A DNA stretch of 64,000 nucleotides, from contig OX597818.1 of assembly GCA_951406725.2 (NCBI GenBank), positions 56,358,001 to 56,422,000 of the forward strand. The letters run 5' to 3'. A model generated the notes under the pieces. The model ran no database searches. It had not been told where the DNA came from and worked only from the letters and a program-made list of their open reading frames with translations. Of the stretch, positions 40,059 through 54,562 are shown piece by piece. Made by a program: the position numbers and the translations under genes. This stretch comes from Octopus vulgaris (Eukaryota). How positions within the stretch are numbered: position 1 is the first letter of the stretch; each line of letters starts with the position of its first letter.

Positions 40059-40604
40059 ATTTTTAAATAGGATAAAATCTTTATAAGAATTTATCAAGTA
40101 GTCAGCGTGAAAAACCTCATAAGCGAAAAATTATAATTATTCCCTTTAAATATATCTATTTGTATTAAGGGCATTACTACACATAAATGCCTCAGGCTAT
40201 GAGGGACTATTAAAGTGAAAACTACCATAATAAATACAGTGTACACTGTATTTATTACGGTAGCTTTGACTTTGTGACTCCCTCATAGCGTGAGGCATTT
40301 ATATGTAGTAATGCCCTTAAAATATATATATATATACTAATATACTATTAACTCCATTCCCCCCCTTATTTCAGGCCTTGTGCCTATAGTGCATATGATT
40401 ATTATTATTAGCTGTATTTCGTCTGTTTTTACATTCTGAATTCAAATTCCGCCGAGGTCGACTTTGCCTTTCATCCTTTCAGCGTCGATAAATTAAGTAC
40501 CATTTGCGCACTGGGGTCGATGTAATCGATTAGCCCACTTCCTCAAAAACTTTTCAAGGCCTTGTGCCTAGAGTAGAAAATAATAATAATAATAATACTC
40601 TCTC

Positions 40605-40995
40605 TCTTTACTCATTTACATGTTTCAGTCATTTGACTGCGGCCATGCTGGAGCACCGCCTTTAGTCGAGCAAATCGACCCCCGGGACTTATTCTTTGTA
40701 AGCCCAGTACTTATTCTATCGGTCTCTTTTGCCGTAAACACACCAGCATCGGTTGTCAAGCAATGCTAGGGGTACAAACACAGACACACAAACACACACA
40801 CATACATACATATACATATATATACATATATACGACAGGCTTCTTTCAGTTTCCGTCTACCAAATCCACTCACAAGGCATTGGTCGGCCCGGGGCTATAG
40901 TAGAAGACACTTGCCCAAGATGCCACGTAGTGGGACTGAACCCGGAACCATGTGGTTGGTTAGCAAGCTACTTACCACACAGCCACTTCTGCGCC

Positions 40996-40996
<1 letters not shown>
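40605..40996 (-). mobile_element. SINE family A
   Basis: Reverse-complement match. Confidence 0.9.
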
Positions 40997-41031
<35 letters not shown>

Positions 41032-41381
41032 CACCATCATCATCATCATTATTAACATGAGGCAGAATCGTTACCGCGCCGAACAAAACGCTTAGTGGAT
41101 TTTTTGTTTTTTTGTTTTTCGCTTTACCTCCCGAGATCAAATGGTGCCGAAGCGAACTTTGCTTTCATCTCTTTGTAGGTCGATAAAATAAAATAAAAAC
41201 CAGTCCATTACAGCGTCGACGTAAACTGACTGACATTTTCTCACCAACATTGTTGGCCATGGGCCAAAAGCTGACACAGTCAAGATCGTCTGATCGCGTA
41301 CACATGAGTATAGGTGTGAACGTTTGAGTGATTATACATACATACGTTTGTACAGAAGTATCTCGGTTTACGAACAACATG

Positions 41382-41788
41382 GGATCTTTTTGGTTTGAAC
41401 GGCAGTTTTTTCTAGCGGTATCATATGAAATTGTCACCCATAATTATGACCCTAGTATCGATCTATTGCATTTCAATGTTTTAGGGTTAGGGGTGGGGGA
41501 AGGGTATCTTTTTTTCTTCAAAAATGTAAATAAACCCAATCTGTTTCTTAAACGAGGGACATATTCATACGGCACACAATGTTTTTACTTCAATAGACGT
41601 CATTGATTGGTTGAAATTGCAGAAATGGAAGAAAAACAACAACAAATATCTTACAAACTATAGAATTTTCTCAATAAAGCCAAGAGAAAATGATGTTTTA
41701 TAAACACATTCTAACAGTATACGAAATTTAAAAGTGTTTAGTTACCTAGAAATTATGTTAAAAACTGCCGTTCAAACCGAAAAGATCC
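41382..41788. mobile_element. Merlin-like MITE (GGATCTTTT TIR family)
   Basis: ~28 bp TIRs; 8-bp TSD ACAACATG/ACAACTTG. Confidence 0.85.
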
Positions 41789-41937
41789 ACAACTTGATTT
41801 ATTCGTGATCAGAGTTGTTCGAAAACCGAGGTACTACTAAGTGTGTGTGTGTGTATGGCCATGCTGAAGCACCGCCTTTAGTCGAGCAAATCGACCCCAG
41901 GACTTATTCTTTGTAAGCCTAGTACTTATTATTATTA

Positions 41938-42493
41938 TTGAGTGAGAGAGCAGTTCATGCCATCAAAGTGACACTGGGGTAAAATATACGAAGCCCAATA
42001 TACCCATCATGACTACCCGTCTAATAAGGGTACACCAGGCACATGCATCACAACCATATGTGCGCGACATGGTGATCTCATATCAAGATAAACAGCACAT
42101 GACCTTGCAGGTGGGGCCCAGTTAGAATTTTCTTCAGGTTGAGTAGCCCATCCCGCTCAAAAGGTCCCTGAATAAGGGTTGTTTAAGGATGTTGAAAGAA
42201 CCACCCATGTTTCCAGAGGTGAATTATTCAAACCCCAAAGAATCCCTCTCAACACACGGTTATGATGCTCCCCCACTACTTCTGCTCGTGATCAGAGATG
42301 CACATACCGTCAGCCACTAAGGGGCATGATCAACTGGTTAAGGTCAAACAACTGACAAGCAAATCTGTGGTATTGAGCAGAATATTTGCTGTAGCCCATC
42401 TTTTATACCAAGACAAAACAATGTACATGATAACACTTCCAATCAGTTAAGATCAGAAGCCATGAGAGCCACTGCCAGGTACTGCATCAGGGC

Positions 42494-42495
<2 letters not shown>
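41938..42495 (-). mobile_element. Dong/R4-like fragment in (TAA)n
   Basis: Inverted copy of 4715-5240, bounded by (TAT)n. Confidence 0.55.
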
Positions 42496-42544
<49 letters not shown>

Positions 42545-42961
42545 ATGTGTATTTGAGCGTGTGCAGCGTACATAACCAAACACCCAGCTAATGCTTTGTA
42601 TGTTTCTGTTATATAACATCCCAAAATAAAACAGTTTTCATTCGGGAAAATGTGGAAACCTATCGCGCCTCGTTTGTCATTTATCTAACAGACAATCTCA
42701 AATTTATTGACTCACTCATCGTATCAAAAATCGATAACTTATAAAGCTTTTTTTTTTTTACTATTAAATTTGGTATTTATTACAACCAACTTCATACGCA
42801 CAAAAGAAAAAAAAAACGAAAAAACAAAACATGACCTCCACTCAAAGTGCCGAGTTTCCAATAATTCTAAATTTTACTTTTTATGGAGAGATGGAAGTCA
42901 AATTTCACTCATTGCGTTTTCAACCTTCCATTACTGACAGAAGTAATGGTCTTCTTTTATT

Positions 42962-43061
<100 letters not shown>

Positions 43062-43165
43062 ACACACACACGTACACGCACACATATATATTTGAGTATT
43101 TATCTGTGTATATATGTATGTGTATACCTATGTGTGTGTGTATATGTATGTATGTATGTATGTAT

Positions 43166-43361
43166 CGAGGCAATTTCTACTCTTCTCCTCTGGAAGCCAT
43201 CTACTCGCAATACCAGAGGGCGCACACTCTCCTACCCTGATGTAATCTCCAGGGATACAGGCATCCAGCAACAGGACCTCCGTAATGCTATGATGGACTG
43301 TGAAGTCTGGCGTAGCATGGTAAATTCCATTGTCTCGACCACGGTCGAACAATGATGATGA

Positions 43362-43362
<1 letters not shown>
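43166..43362 (+). pseudogene. 3' end of RTE-clade LINE
   Basis: LLLWKP..RGRTLSYPDVISRDTG..LRNAMMDCEVWR, stop, then (TGA)n tail. Confidence 0.75.
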
Positions 43363-43427
<65 letters not shown>

Positions 43428-43428
<1 letters not shown>

Positions 43429-43640
43429 GAGGGGCTGTTGAAAAGTTCTTGCCTTGAAGGGTGTCGCGAAAGGCCAGGTTGGAGGCACGGCCTTCCGAGT
43501 TCTTTTACAGGGCTTAGAAAACCTGAAGGACCACTGCAATGTGAATCTGAGAGGGGAATATGGTGCATAAAATCATAAGTAACTGACCCTCCTGTATTTT
43601 CTTTTAGCCAAAGGCAGGTACTCTTTAGCACCACCACCAC
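43428..43640 (+). mobile_element. Internally deleted mariner
   Basis: TA|CGAGGGGCTGTTGAAAAGT TIR; transposase C-terminal relic VNLRGEYGA*; degenerate right TIR. Confidence 0.6.
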
Positions 43641-43649
43641 CCCATATAT

Positions 43650-43938
<289 letters not shown>

Positions 43939-44404
43939 ACTGCAAATAATGTTAGGAAAGAAATCTACTTTGATGTTTTACTAGCATCGAACATTCGTTC
44001 AACATTAGCCTTGGGTCATTGTTTGTAATGATTTGATTTTCATCAGCCATTTTGTTTAAGTAGATTCTTAGTCGACAGATCGAAATACCTGAAAGTTCCA
44101 CCATTATTTCTTGAAAGAGTAAGATTTCGTCGCCAAAGGCCCTATCCATATTCTTCTTGAAATAATCAGTTATCATAGATAGCCATATTCTTTACACAAC
44201 GTTTGAAGAAAACCCAAGATTGGTTTAATGATTGGAATGATTCTAGAGGAGAATGTTTTCGACGTGTCTTTTCAAGGAGTTAATGCCAGTGGTTCTCAGC
44301 CGAGGTCCACATGACTCTTGGGGCGTTCACTTTATCCAGGGGGGGCGGAGGTGTCCATAAATGATTTTGCTAAAATTTGTGTGCAATAAATTGGTTATAC
44401 TCTA

Positions 44405-44622
44405 CTCTTTTACTTGTTTCAGTCATTTGGCTGTGGCCATGCTGGAGCACCGCCTTTAGCCGACCAAATCAACCCCAGGACTTATTCTTTCTAAGCCTAG
44501 TACTTATTCTATCAGTCTCTTTTGCTGAACCACTAAGTTACAGGGACGTAAACACACCAGCATCGATTTACAAGTGATGTTGTGGGGGGACAAACACAGA
44601 CGCACAAACATACACTTACACG

Positions 44623-44690
<68 letters not shown>

Positions 44691-44860
44691 CACATACAAC
44701 TGGCTTCTTTCAGTTTCCGTCTACCAAATCCACTCACAATGCTTTGGTCGGCCCGAGGCTATAGTAGAAGACACTTGCCCAAGGTGCCACGAAGTGGGAC
44801 TGAACCCAGAACCATGTGGTTGGTAAGCAAGCAAGCTACTTACCACACAGCCACTCCTAC
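44405..44860 (-). mobile_element. SINE family A
   Basis: Reverse-complement match. Confidence 0.9.
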
Positions 44861-45914
44861 GCTGTAAAATGCCAAATATATATACTTGTACAAACACGCC
44901 AAATATTTTAACAGTTTTTTAATACGATTCCTAAGAATATTTAATTTTAATATCCTTAGGAGTTTTCAAACATCGAATGGCTCTGAAGATCCATCTGAGT
45001 AAAAGAGAAATTGATGAGGCCCTCAGGCAAAAACAGAGTTAAGGAATACTGGTTTAAAGTATCTGGTTTTATTAATAGAGAATTAAACTCTTGTCTTGTT
45101 CTACTTATACATATCCAGCAGACTAAACGACCTGGCTTTCGTAGAAATGCAGACAATTTAATTTTATTAGTCTTTATACGAAATTGAGACATAGCGAAAG
45201 AACGGAATCAGGTTATTGTTTTGGATGTTCATGTCAGGTTTTAGATGTTCATCCTTGCGTAACGTACGTGACAGTATGAGACACCAGTTATGGAAATACC
45301 TAAAATGTAAATCTTAAGCATTTACAAGAATCGTGTTCTTTCATTTTTCCCAGTAAACTTTAACTACCTAGACCGGTACTAAACAAAAATCTGTTACCTG
45401 GAATATATGCTGAATTTTTAAAGACGCCCCAAAACTTGTGACATATGTGACCTTCACAACTTTTTTCATCAGGAACTATTAGCTCCTTATTTCTCTAATT
45501 TTTTCCAAAGCAGCATAAATAGTCTCATGGTGTTTATTTGCATTGAGCTTGGAATTTAAGAGAAAGAATGTTAATAAGTTTGCTGGACAATAATTCTATG
45601 TGATCACAAAATTTTCATTTAGCTTGTGTGATGTGTGTGACAAAAACGAATGTAACGTTTGTAAGACAAATGATATGACGGATCATTACCTTTTGACTGA
45701 CAGTTTAAAAACTAATTTTTTGTAACTAAACACTTTCAAACTTCGGACACTGGTAGAATCTGTTATATAAAACATGTTTTACTCTTAGCATTTTTGAGAA
45801 AAACTTATATTTACGAAGTAATTTCATGTTAAAGTAGTCCTATTTCGGTAATTTCAACCAATCAATGACATGTATTCAGCTGAATAAAATTACTGCCATT
45901 ATTTGTCAACAAAA

Positions 45915-46668
45915 ATTGCTTCAATAAAATGAGAAGATATCGATTTCCTAATCCTTGCAACAGCTTCAAAGACCATAATGGAAGTCAGATTCTTGCGATT
46001 CATAGCTGAAGGAACTTGGGAAGGGTCGTACGCTATCACTCTTGAGTTTTGACGGTTTGCAACTTCGTCTATCTCAAACTTTTCCTCCACGAAGATGCGG
46101 ACGTCTCCATCACGATGTTACAGATGACTAAGAAGTTTAGGACTTCTTTCATCACGAATGGCATTGGAGCCAATAGTTAGGATGTTACGTGTCTCCTCAT
46201 GTACGATTTCGTATGGAGGTCTTGTCTCATGGCCTTAGAAATGGTCATCTTACTGATTCCTTGACCTTGAGCCAACTTTGCAATCGATTTTGATGGGTTC
46301 GACCCAATCGCTCTTTCAAGTCCTGTTAAGAAGCGAGGTGCGCGTTTTCGGTCACTACGAGGACTGTGAGATTTTCTCTGCACATCCTGACTTTTCTTCA
46401 AATTAGTTATGTTTCTGAAAACAGTAGATTTGGCATACTTTGTGGCTCTAACAATCTCCCCAGCACTTTTACCGGCGTATAATAATTCGGTAATTACACT
46501 TCTACGGTTTAACTCTATATTAACATTCATAGTTTGTTTAATCTGAAATAGAAAATAGTACAAGTGATTATTCAAGCTGGTAATGTTTAAAATTTAGACT
46601 CCAACAAAATCTATACAATTAGAAATATACCCATTTAAAATTTGTCCTAATTTACCTATTACATCCTG
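45915..46668 (-). pseudogene. 5' half of a Tc1/mariner (maT/DD37D-like) transposon, frameshifted
   Basis: HTH region (AGEIVRATKYAKSTVFR; NPSKSIAKLAQGQGISKMTI), then EEKFEIDEVANRQNSRV..SIMVFEAV; TA|CAGGATGT terminus. Confidence 0.85.
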
Positions 46669-46707
46669 TATATATATATATATATATATATATAGTTCAA
46701 ATATATA

Positions 46708-47576
46708 TTGGGACATCCCATAAATAATGCAGTTTTTTCAATTGCATGAATCAGAAGGGGACGGGATAAACTACATGCATCAACTTGCTATAAAAGTATG
46801 CAGTAATCTTACCTTGTCCTTATTCTTAGTGCAAGTTCTGAAAAGTGCAGTTCGAATAGCAAAGGACCACGTTTCGGACTTCTCCCATCTTGCGAGGAGC
46901 TCTGGGACGAAGACCGTTCCTTCAACAGCAACAGCAACACCAGCAACTCGCCAGGTTCTATCCCCTCACTGTTTGTGAATTACTTCACCATGGTTAGCAG
47001 CAAGTACAACCTGCGAGATCTTCCTGTATCAAGTGACCGGCAGCGGCATAGTAGCCACAACTTCTTACATGACATGTGTCTCAACCTGCTCTGCATTACA
47101 GCCACACCTTCTTGTTGCAGCACTTCAACTATTGTGTACCTTACAACGAACTGGTATTTATCTTCCTTGTGTCTGAACATTCGTCTAGCATCCTGTTATG
47201 GACTCTTTCAATGCTCTGTATTTTATGCACACGCATACACATTATGTATACATGACGGCCTGTCTATTATTGTTATTATTATATATGTACTTATGACGCA
47301 CACACAGACACACACATTAACACATAAATAAAATCTCTTAACATTCTACCGGTTGTGTCGTCTCCTTTCCTTCTGACACTCATACTCATTCATACTTTTC
47401 GAATATATATTGTAAGTGACCGTGCGGTGTATTAAAGGAACCAGTCATCGTTACCTCTCCTTCCGCACGGTAGTTCTACAGGAGAATTCATTTTAGATTT
47501 AAAAAGAACTCTGTTTATCTTAATTTTGGAAAATAAAAGAAATATGAAAGACCGTATTATTTATGGAATGGCTCAA
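46708..47576 (+). mobile_element. Mariner-type non-autonomous element carrying an LTR-like insert (~46880-47480)
   Basis: TTGGGACATCCCATAAATAATGC / GTATTATTTATGGAATGGCTCAA degenerate TIRs; insert ends ATTAAA...CTACA. Confidence 0.5.
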
Positions 47577-47604
47577 CTTGTGTGTGCGTGTGTGTGTGTG
47601 TGTT

Positions 47605-47683
<79 letters not shown>

Positions 47684-48560
47684 CTAACTTTCAATTCTGT
47701 CTGCCAAATCCACTGTCAGGGCTTTGGTCGGCCTGGAGTTATAGTGGAAGATACTTACCAAAGGTACCACCCAATGAAACTGAACCCGGAACCATGTGGT
47801 CTGGAACCAACCTTTTTTTTAGCACATGGCCATAAATATATTCTCTCAGACAAAAACCACAGCATGATGTCTTTTTATGGCGAATATACGTTAAGCCTGA
47901 TACGTGGACGGTTATTTTAATTTAACTCTATTCTAGTTGCGTGCACAGAGTTTCTATTCTGCCCGGCAAGCTTTCTGCAATATCAGTGAACGTATTATCT
48001 GCTATTTCCTAAAAGTCAGGGTCGAGAAATTTTGTCTAAACATCTGACTAGCGAGTGTATGTCACTGACTAGGCTCAAGAAAGCCGAAATGCATCAGGCG
48101 TTCTTTTGGACTATTGCTGTGGTGATGTTCATCTCGTTCCAATATATATTGTGTTTTAACCGATGGAGATACTTTCTATCGAACAGAACTTATAGCATCA
48201 AGCCTTTCAACAGTGTATATTTTATTTTAATCCACAGATGGCGATTATGATTTAACCCTGTGACCACCTTTGTTCAGAATATCTGAGATTACATTATACA
48301 AGTAATGTACAATTTGAGGGAAAATTCAGCTGTTATTTCTGGAAGATCAAGTAAGACAGAAGTTTCTCGTTCGCTCCTCGACCTACTTCAATATTTTTTT
48401 GATGTTGTTGTTGTGGTGGTGGTTTTGTTGTTTTTCTTCTTTATTCCTTACCAGTCCTGACAGAGCGATTCCAGCAATGACCATCCCGTCTTTTCCTCAG
48501 GCATCGTATGTCTAGGACTGCATTATCTAATATGTCTCCCTCTTTCCAAAATAATAAGTG

Positions 48561-50255
48561 TGTAGGCGCAGTTACCTCCCTTGACAGAGGGTTCAAACAA
48601 GTTGGCCATACATAGAGGGCGTTACGCAACATTAAAGTTCAGACAGACACTCACCTCTGCCTCTTTCTGCACTGGGACGCGAGCTGCAAAGACGCAGCCT
48701 AACTGGCTCCGGACGTCTCTTCACCACAGTTTTCCTGCTGCAAGTTTGTACACCCGCTTCTGCCTTTTTCTGAAGGAACTATTCTCTGCGATGTTTCTAC
48801 CGGGTCACTACGACCCCTCGTTCCTGAATGTCACCGTCGTGCTGTTTTTGAAGCGCTGCATTCACTGCCACACCCCAGCATTGCGACCACAGTAAAGCTT
48901 ATCTCGGCCCGCTTTTTCTGGCCGAATATGCGTCGGTCTGCCACTACTTGGTCACGTGCCTGTTTACCATGTCAGCGTTCCAAGGTGCATCGTCGCGTGA
49001 ATGACATCTTTGGACATATTGGCCACTTCGGATTTAATTGAACTCTGCTTTAAAACCTGGAACTTTTCCTTGCCTGCACATTTCAATTGTCTGCTTTTCT
49101 TTCACTTTTCTTTGCATATCTCTTCCTTTCTCAGGACCTTACCTATGTATGCACAAATGTTTTGAATATTGTGTACATTATATGTTACGGATCTTTTCCT
49201 TTTGAACGGCACTAGGGTTGATCGATACTAGGGTTATAATATGGGTGACAATTTCATACGACACCGCTACGGAAAATGGGATTTTTTTCTAGCGATGTCA
49301 AATGAAAATGTCACCCATAATTATGGCCCTAGTATCAATCTATTGTATTTCAATCTATTAGGGTTAGTTAGGGTTGGGGTTAGGGGTGGGGGAAGGGTAT
49401 CTTTTTTCTTCACAATGTAAATAAACCCAATCTGTTTCTTAAAGGAGGGACATATTCATTATGCACAGAATGTTATTTACCTAAATGGACATCAGCGATT
49501 GGTTAAAATTGCCGAAATGCTCGAAATTAAAGACGAAATATGTTACAACATATAGAATTTTCTCAATAAAGTCAAGAAAAAATGATGTTTTATAAACACA
49601 TTCTACCAGTATACGAGGTTTAAAAGCGTTTAGTTAACTAGAAATTGTGTTGAAAAGTGCCGTTCAAAAGGAAAAGATCCTATGTCACTTGTTTCAATGT
49701 CCATGCACGCATGCACCTCACTCTAGGATTTTAGTTGCTTTCTCATTGCTCCGGCATGCTAGTGCTTCCAGCCTCTGCAAGCGACCCACCGCTCTTGCAG
49801 GTTTACAACACTAGCCTCTGCAAGCGACCTACTGCTCTTGCAGACTAACAACACTTTTTCCTGCTACAAGCGACGCACTGCCCTTGCAGGCAAAGTCTTG
49901 GTTACTGCTCATATCTCAGCAGCCAACATTGCATCTCAAGCACTTTGACTTTTGCATCCTGTGATTTCCAGTTTCCCGGACAGTTATTATCACGTTTGCA
50001 TATCAGACGTACATTTCTTAACCTTGCCTCGCCACTGACTGTTGGCGAATAGACTTATATTGTTATAGACACCGCATTCACATTTTCTCTCTGTATCATT
50101 GTACATATAGGCTTTGTTCTATTTAATTGGACACCTTTCTCTGCTGAACGTTTTTCCTTGTACATATTTGCATTGTATATTTTTTTCAATTGTTCATACA
50201 ACCGTGTTGCCATGGTTCGTTCTTCTGTGCCCTCCTTCTGCACACTCCGACTACA
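48561..50255. mobile_element. Degenerate LTR-related element
   Basis: TGTAG...CTACA ends; first ~150 bp homologous to the solo LTR at 50277; no TSD seen. Confidence 0.5.
49189..49680. mobile_element. Merlin-like MITE (GGATCTTTT family)
   Basis: GGATCTTTTCCTTTTGAACGGCAC perfect TIR; TSD TATGTTAC/TATGTCAC. Confidence 0.88.
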
Positions 50256-50276
50256 CTACTATTAATCGACTGCTTC

Positions 50277-50896
50277 CGTAGGCGCAGTTACCCCCCCCCC
50301 CCACCGCCTTGACAGCAGGTTCAAACAATCTGCCCATATGTAGAAAAGGCGGCGAGTTGGCAGAAACGTTAGCACACCGGGCGAAATGCTTTGCAATATT
50401 TCGTCTGCCGCTACGTTCTGAGTTCAAATTCCGCTGAGGTCGACTTTGCTTTTCATCCTTTCGGGGTCGATTAAATAAGTACCAGTAACGCACTGGGGTC
50501 GATATAATCGACTTAATCCGTTTGTCCCCTCTGTGTTTAGCCATTTGTGGGTAGTAAAGAAATAGGTATTTCGCCCATATATGGAAGGCGTTACGCAACA
50601 TTAAGGTTCAGACACTCACCTCTGCCTTTTTCTGCACTAGGACACGAGCTGTTAAGACGTAACCTGACTGGCTCTTTCTCATGCCACACACAAGCTTGCA
50701 GGTAGAAGCAAAGCACAGAAGACCATGGCCTCTACGTACCATCCATTCCTTTTTATCATTCCGTTCTGTATATATGTGTAGTCATAACAAATGTAAAGTT
50801 ACAACCTTGTTTATATGTTCTTCATCCGGGTTTACTACTAAACGAGATTACACCCTTCTGAGTTAGTCACATTGGGTGGCTCGACAACAACCTACA
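50277..50896. mobile_element. Solo LTR with 4-bp TSD, interrupted by SINE B (50346-50572)
   Basis: CGTAGG...CCTACA termini flanked by CTTC on both sides. Confidence 0.75.
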
Positions 50897-50944
50897 CTTC
50901 CATAAGTGTAATTCGAGATAAATTCGGTTGCTGTTTATAGCAGA

Positions 50945-51093
50945 CTAGCACTATGACCCGGCGTTGCACGACCACCCTTGGGCGGTTTTGAATGACCATA
51001 GAAAGTGCGAGCCCTCTAACTGAAAAATTGTGGATTTGTATAAAGGACACACACACACACACACAGACATTTTCCCGTTTATATATAGAGAGA
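50945..51093 (-). mobile_element. Non-autonomous Helitron (family 2)
   Basis: A|TC and CTAG|T ends on the minus strand; longer copy at 54208-54590. Confidence 0.7.
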
Positions 51094-51596
51094 TCAAGCA
51101 ACCACATACACGCTCCTAGTTTGCCCTTTACCATACCTCCATATTAATTTTGTCATCGCTGTCATCGTCGTTCTTTAGCCAACATATACTCCCGCTCTCC
51201 AAGAGTACAATTTGAAAGAAATCCAGCTGCTACTTCTAGCAGACTGCTCGACAAAGTGGAATACTACGCCATCGTTGGCATGTCACCATATCTCCAATGC
51301 ACCAGTAACAATGTGTAGGCGAAGAGAACAGAGTCTGAATATATAAACCGATATAAACAACACTAACAGCAGAGCTAGTTTCACGAACGAAGGCTGATGA
51401 CGTCCATTAGTCATAAAACTACAAATAAGTCCACTAAATACGCCGTGCATTGATTGTTAGGTCCTGGATACAATCATTGGCTATACATATTTATCGATAT
51501 GGATCTATATCCAATATTGCGGTGAAAGTAGCTTTGACTAGTCATGAGTTGTGTCTGCAAAATTAGTATTCGCTACCGCCCTTTCTGATATGTGTG

Positions 51597-51767
<171 letters not shown>

Positions 51768-51779
51768 ATATATGTATGT

Positions 51780-51813
<34 letters not shown>

Positions 51814-51814
51814 G

Positions 51815-51847
<33 letters not shown>

Positions 51848-51854
51848 ATATATG

Positions 51855-51894
<40 letters not shown>

Positions 51895-51975
51895 TATATG
51901 TATGTATGTATATATATATATATATATATACATACATACATATATATATATGTATGTGTATATATATATCTGTAT

Positions 51976-52008
<33 letters not shown>

Positions 52009-52141
52009 TAGATAGATAGATAGACGGATAGATAGATAGAGTTTCTTATGAGTACAGAAATAAGTATTGCTGAATATGGCGAAGCTATAGAGAGAAGTTT
52101 TAAGTGGTGGGTGGTGTGCTTAACGTTTTCTCTTACAAAAC

Positions 52142-52172
<31 letters not shown>

Positions 52173-52375
52173 AGAGGCGAACAGCAACACCCGCATATCC
52201 ACACTTACAGTCAAGTGATGTCGAAACTTCTTCAGTCGAGGATGTCAAACACATCCTCACAAAAACGTAGTCGCATACACACACAAGCAATGCACACATA
52301 CATGAGTCGCGTTTATTATCCATATCTGTATGCATGAACGCGTGAGTGTGTGATGCCCAAGTGCGTGTGTGTGTG

Positions 52376-52412
<37 letters not shown>

Positions 52413-52573
52413 GTGTGTGTGCTGTAGTCTTCCATTCATAGAAATCTGTTCTTTGCCAGTCACTAAGATAAGAGTCTACAGCATTATCATCTGTTATTAG
52501 AGCACTCTTAGAGTAGCGTGGGAGTTTCATATGCGTGTGTGTGTGTGGGGGTGAGTAAGAGAGACAGACAGAG

Positions 52574-52607
<34 letters not shown>

Positions 52608-53295
52608 ATAAATTAATAAATAAAACATGCATATATACATACATATATGTACGTACCTACCTCTACATGTATATATACATGCATATATGGGCACAGGACA
52701 ACAAAAAAACGTCGAACACAATGAGAAACGGAAACATAAACACAAAACCAAGGAAATGGACATTTCTTTTAAACAACGAAAAAATAGAGTACAGGACATA
52801 CAAAACAAGGAAAATTCCCCTTCTTCAGTCGCCTTAGTTTCATCTACTCCACGTTCCGAAGGTCATACACACACACAAAATGTGAGATATATTTATATAT
52901 AACACGTATACGTACATACGTACCATACATATTTATCTACCTACCTATATATGTATATATATATAAATATATGTATATATGTGTGTGTGTGTATACACAT
53001 ACACATCGTTTGTAAAAAAACATAAATCCGAAAGAAAAAGCACACTCTAAGATGTGGAGCAGTATATATTAAAAATGAAGGCCGATTTATAGGATTACTC
53101 GTTTATGGGTTTCCCGTCCATAAAGGGTTTAGCTTTATGGCATATCGTCAGTCGGGTCAACAGGTTTTGGGGATTTGACGATATGCTACAAAGGTAAACC
53201 CTCTATGGACAAAAACCTAAGGTAATCCCATAAATCCCCATTTTTAATATATATGGCGATTTTCTTCCTCCGTCTTCCTTTCTATTGGACTTTCC

Positions 53296-53335
53296 TCTAT
53301 TTCTGAAGAAGAGCGTCTGCTCGAAACGTTAGACC
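53296..53335 (+). ncRNA. Minimal hammerhead motif
   Basis: TTT CTGAAGA A GAGC gtct GCTC GAAA CGTT AGA; palindromic ACGU helix III; short stem I. Confidence 0.75.
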
Positions 53336-53553
53336 ATCTTTCTTTCCTTTCCCGAGCGCCTGCTAATATTTTACATGTACCACGTCCTCGCGTTGTTGCT
53401 TTTTGTGTTTGTTATTCGTTTTTTTGGATTTACTGTATCTTCCCTTCTTACCCGAGCGTCCAATAATACTATATTTGTTCCACGTCCACGCGTTGTGTTT
53501 TTTTTTTGTGTTTTCTTGTTTGGATTAACTCAACTATATATATATATATATAT

Positions 53554-53631
<78 letters not shown>

Positions 53632-53769
53632 TCAGATGAATATGGTACTTAAGCACCAGAATTTAGTATGGTATTATCCATGCAATTTCAAAATAAGGTG
53701 ATTAAAATCAAATGGAGTTGCATGAAACGACCGTACCGCATTACCTCTGGATATCCTTCTTGCTTATTT

Positions 53770-53847
<78 letters not shown>

Positions 53848-54207
53848 CGTAGCTATTATGCAAAAGTGTTGTAAGTCCAAAACATTAGTTTTTCAGAAAG
53901 CGAAAAAAATAGTCTCACCATTCCATAGCAAAACCGTTGTACTACACTTTGACAATTGTTGATATCTTGGCATCTGAAACGGCTGGTAATACGATAGATT
54001 GACCAAAAGAACTGGCTATTGGAAGAGAAAAAATAAATATTGAAAAAAAAAAAAGAACGCATTTGGCTACATTTGGACATGCGACAGTTTAACATAATTG
54101 CAACAATTTGTATTTTGTCTTGCTGTGAATTTAGGCTCCATGGCGGTCCTTTCGGCAGCTTGTGACGAGGTTAAAAGTCGACTGGTTTCGCTGCATTTAT
54201 TATTTCA

Positions 54208-54519
54208 CTAGCTTTGCCGGGTCATAGTACTAGTGCATGCATATACAGCTGCGTGCGTGCGCACATACACGCGAGTACTGTCCAAATCTCCGACCAATCA
54301 CATACAGCTAGCTGGCATTCAATTGGCGTATCAAGTTTCGGGCATTTTGATTGGGTTTTGGATAGAAAATTCACAAAAAAGTCACTTCCATTGATTTTTT
54401 TAATGGCTTTGCGGGGTGACTGGGGAAATGTGAAGATGTGCACGACCGCCTTTGGACGGTTTTGAATGACCATAGAAAGTTGAACCCTCTAACTGAAAAA
54501 TTGTGGATATGTATAAAGG

Positions 54520-54562
<43 letters not shown>

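Noticed and set aside
43952-45310. Short non-repetitive minus-strand ORFs
   Set aside because: No recognisable domain or consistent splice structure
51390-51540. CTGATGA with a distant GAAAGTAGCTT
   Set aside because: No convincing stems I or II
53630-53770. CAGATGA...GAAACGACCGTA in a TA-flanked repeat (inverted copy at ~26355-26445)
   Set aside because: Core mutated and stem I missing; repeat is real but ribozyme unsupported
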